From assembly GCA_002269645.1 (NCBI GenBank), contig NIVC01002262.1:62001-126000 (forward strand): DNA of 64,000 nt, given 5' to 3'. Source of the DNA: Macrostomum lignano (Eukaryota). Positions 60,307 to 64,000 of this stretch are shown piece after piece. The stretch's first letter is position 1. Every line of letters starts with the position of its first letter. The notes below the pieces were generated by a model, which was not told where the DNA came from, made no database searches, and worked only from the letters and a program-made list of their open reading frames with translations. A program made the position numbers and the translations under genes.

Positions 60307-61949
60307 TATATTACTATATTCTAAGAAAAAAGAATCATAGCTTATAAACACATACACACAACTATATTCTAAGAAAAAAGACGCACTGTTTCATAATAAA
60401 CACAATCCTGAAGTGCCCTCCTGCACTGCAAAAAGTGTCCTCTTTTCCAAGCTCCCTTAGCCCAATACATTTTTGACACAACTGCCAGACCTGGCTATGC
60501 AACCATGTGTTTTCTTCAATTTTCTAAAAAAAATTAGATAGTGAAGAAGATGCTAGTTCCAATATATACAAAAAGCTATTTTTGGGTTTGGCTGTGTTTT
60601 TCAACAATCTCACAATGCACTACCTGGATTCCATATATCAGAGTGACAGTAGAAAGCAATTGGCATTGAGTATATATGAGAATAGAGCTTTGACAATTTG
60701 CAAGGCATGTTAACTTAATTTATGTGCCCTCTTCTAATTTTATCAAGCTCTGCTTCTTCACCTCATTTTATCTTTCTCCCTAAGCAGATAGAACACATAA
60801 GGGAAAAAAGTTTTAAAGTGTAATAAAAATGTGCACTTAGCAAAAAAGTTTTTATATAAATAAATATAAATAAACAGATTTTAAATTTTGGTGTATGTAT
60901 TTTTCATGGAAAGTATAACCTATAAGCAGACTAAGCAATAAGATAAGGGCAAAGAAAAATGGACTAATATTAAACATTTTTGTGGTAATAATTACAATTT
61001 ATTAGTAAAGCAGCATAGTTGATATGAGTATATATTCAAAAAAGTCAAATTGAGCTATTGAATGATTAAGATCCCTATAAAAATATACCAATTAATATTT
61101 TTTGCTGCTGCACATGTTTGAAATTATAAAACCAATAAAAGATAACAGTGGGAAATAATCTAGGCCTTTTTAAGTCCTTGATTGCTGATATTAGTTTTTG
61201 TATGAGTTTTAGTCACCACTGAATTTAGCTACTAAGCTCATGCATTATTAACTTGACTTAAAATGGAGATTTGATATAAAGTGAAAGAAACTGAAGCATT
61301 TTATGTATATGTAATAAATCAAGATTCAAGAATCAATATCTATTTGTTGTTGCCATTATAATTTTACATAAAACCTGTTTCAAGGAACACTGCAGTACAA
61401 ATATTGTTCATTTTAGTGCGCATCATACAGTTTATTCTGTATGTATGGTGGTACATTAATATAAAAACAACAATTTTTGGTGTGAATTAAATTCAATGCA
61501 AGTTGTCATTAACCAATGTGTGAAAAATTGACTAATCTCTAAATTACTATTTAAAAAGTGGCTTAACTTACCATATTTATTTTTTTGCAGATAAAAATTT
61601 GTTTCTATGTGAAAAGTCTACTTATCTTTGTTTAAATAATTAATATTACATTCTTATGGATGTTACATTGCATTGTACAAATAGGCATGAAATATGTAAT
61701 ATTTATGCTATACAAGCTGTTGAAACCCGCGGATTTTGAACCCGGGGAACTCCATTCCCCGGAATGATTTTTGCATGTACTCTAAAATCTGAGGTAAAAC
61801 TCAAACAAAAACTTGTTCCCTTGTTAATAGTTAGGATAGAGTTAAACATAAAATAGTGTATATTCATATAATTAGGATTTGAGGCAAACATTGATATTGT
61901 TGGCTGGGGTGCTGCGCAGAATGTCAGGCAAACTCTGGCCTCTACGTAC

Positions 61950-63390
61950 CTCTGCCTCTCCCTATGTCCTTTGCATCCTTTGAAACTTCCATCTTCTTTT
62001 CTGTTTCCTATCTTCTCTCTCGTCTTCTCTCTCTCCCCTCTTATCTCTTCTTTCTTCTCTCCTCTCTCGTCTCCTCTCTCGTCTCTTCCCTCTCCCCTCT
62101 ATTCTTTTCTCTCTCTTCTCCTCTCTTCGCTCTGGTCTCTGGTCTCTCATATCTCCTTTCTCCTGTTTTATATTTTCTCATTTCTCTCTGCTCTCTACTC
62201 TCTCTCCCTCTGCTCTCTGCTCTCTCTTCCCTCACCTCTCTTCTCACTCCTTACTTAACTCCCTCTCTTAACACTTTCCTTATCTCTACTCTCTCCTTTT
62301 TCCTCTCTTCTCTCAACTCTTTCCTCTCCTCTCTCGTCCATTTCACCAATTTCCCCTGTCCTCTCGATTCTCTCCCTTCCCCTCCTCTCTCCTCACTCAC
62401 TTCTCATCTCTCCCGTCTCCACCTCTCATCCCTTATTTCTTATCTCTCCTCTTTTCTCTCTACTCTCCCATCTCTCGTCTGTTCACTCTCGTTTCTGCTC
62501 TCTCATCTCCCCTCTCTTATCTGTCATCTTTACTCTCATATGTTCTCTCACCTCTCTCCCCTTGTACTCCTCTCTTTCCCCTTTTTGACTCAGGAGGACT
62601 CGATCCTTTCTTCTTTCTTCTCGTCTCTTCTCTTCTCTCTTCTATACTCTCTCCCTCTCTTGTCTTCTCTCTTCTCTCTCACTCTCCTCTCTCCTCTCTT
62701 ATATTGTCTGTTTACTCTCATCTTTGCTCTCTCATTCCCCTCTCTCTTCTGTCATCTCTACTCTCCTCTCTACTGTGTACTATTTTCTTCCCCTCTTCTG
62801 ACTCCTCTCTTTCCTTACTCCTCTCTTCTCTTCCCTCTTTTATACTCTCTCCCCTCTATTCTCTTTTCTTGTCTCTCCGCACTCTGCTCTCTCTTCCTTC
62901 ATCTCTAATCTCTACTCTACTCTCTCATATTTTCTTTCATCTCACTCATCTCTACAATCTCATCTCTTTCCTCTCTCCTCCTCTTCCCTTTACTCTATCA
63001 TCTCTCCTTTGTCCTCTCTTCTTTCTCAACTCTCTCTCTCTCATCTCTATCTTCTCTCTTCTCACTCGTCTCTCCCCCTCTTATCTCCTCTCCTATATCC
63101 TTTCTAATCCCCCTCTCGATACTCTCATCTCACTCTTCTCTACTCTCCTCTCTCATCGATCCTCTGTCTCATCTCTCCCCTCTTCTCTCTCCATCTTCTC
63201 ACCTTTACTATTTCCTCTCCCTTCTCTCTCCCCTCCTCTCGCTTCTTCATCCCATATTCTCTGCTCTCTCCTCAACCTCCTCGCATGTCTCTCCTGTTAT
63301 CTTCTATCTTTTCTTTTATCCCCTCTCGCCCCTCCTCCCTTTCAAATAGTCTATTCCTTTTCCTTTTCACTCTCATCTGGCCCGTAGCCA
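61950..63390. repeat. CT-rich low-complexity region
   Basis: Degenerate pyrimidine tract; the Leu/Ser-rich ORFs are artefacts. Confidence 0.85.
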
Positions 63391-64000
63391 TGAGCTGGAT
63401 TCTTTATCTGGCCTTTGAGATAAAAATCTGCCGATCCCTGCTTCGAAAGCCAGGTTGTGGGACATAGTACTATCATGGTTGTTATCATTTCCCATGCTTT
63501 AATCACGTCATCTTTCTGGTCAATTAGCAGCGCTGAGAGAAATTTGTATATCTCCAGCTCCACCACCACAGTCTGCAGCAGTCTAACAACCATGGAAATA
63601 TGCATTTCTTAGGAGGCCATTTAAATTTTAAAGTACCTTATGCGAATCTTAATGTTAAAATTTTTATGGTGCAACTAATTTAGTAGGATTGCATTGTAAT
63701 AAGTTATTCATTAATTTTTCGATATTTTTATAAACCATCCCACATCGCCTTGATTTGCCATCCTTGTTTAACTGCTGCAGACTTATCTATTCAGAGGAAA
63801 GGAAAGTGGTTTAAAATTGAATCTCTCGCTAAACTCTCTCCTCTCCACGCCTCTCCACTCGCGGGTACAGAGAAGGCTATTAAAAAGTTATTCCAAAACA
63901 CTGTACATTCGCTATGTACATTGAGCCCTATCGCCTGACCCTTCTTCTGAGCTGGGGGAATGAGTGAGTGAGCGGCACAAACAACAGAAAAAGCAGACAA

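Noticed and set aside
61964-63387. Leu/Ser/Phe-rich 'membrane protein' ORFs
   Set aside because: Translation of a CT-rich low-complexity tract.

Overview
Eukaryotic, intron-rich genomic DNA. It is most likely a free-living flatworm of the Macrostomum type (inference from an NPF precursor, GC-rich exons with poly-Ala/Gln tracts, and introns packed with private minisatellites). Nine protein-coding loci were reconstructed by hand from splice sites and reading frames. On the minus strand, a tandem run GTF2H5 -> NTAN1 -> THOC7 -> ASK/MAP3K5/15-like (5' exon only). On the plus strand, CFAP91 (10 exons, head-to-head with GTF2H5 across an X-box-like palindrome) and a GATA1/2/3-class factor (4 coding exons). 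Then on the minus strand an uncharacterised Tyr/Pro/Gly-rich protein, an NPF/NPY prepropeptide (2 exons) and a ZnT1/SLC30A1-like zinc exporter (8 exons). About 30 tandem-repeat arrays, several tRNA-derived SINE-like heads and one internally deleted mariner element with ~196-bp TIRs fill the non-coding space. Most long ORFs in the supplied track are repeat artefacts. Best leads: (1) a candidate SL-trans-spliced operon whose last gene has no ATG of its own but a phase-0 acceptor that would take its Met from the flatworm spliced-leader 3' AUG; (2) an inverted pair of 13-bp satellite arrays bracketing the NPF intron; (3) an atypical NPF ending in SLPRF-amide; (4) motif-dense arrays next to regulatory genes; (5) a nascent minisatellite caught forming on a splice donor.
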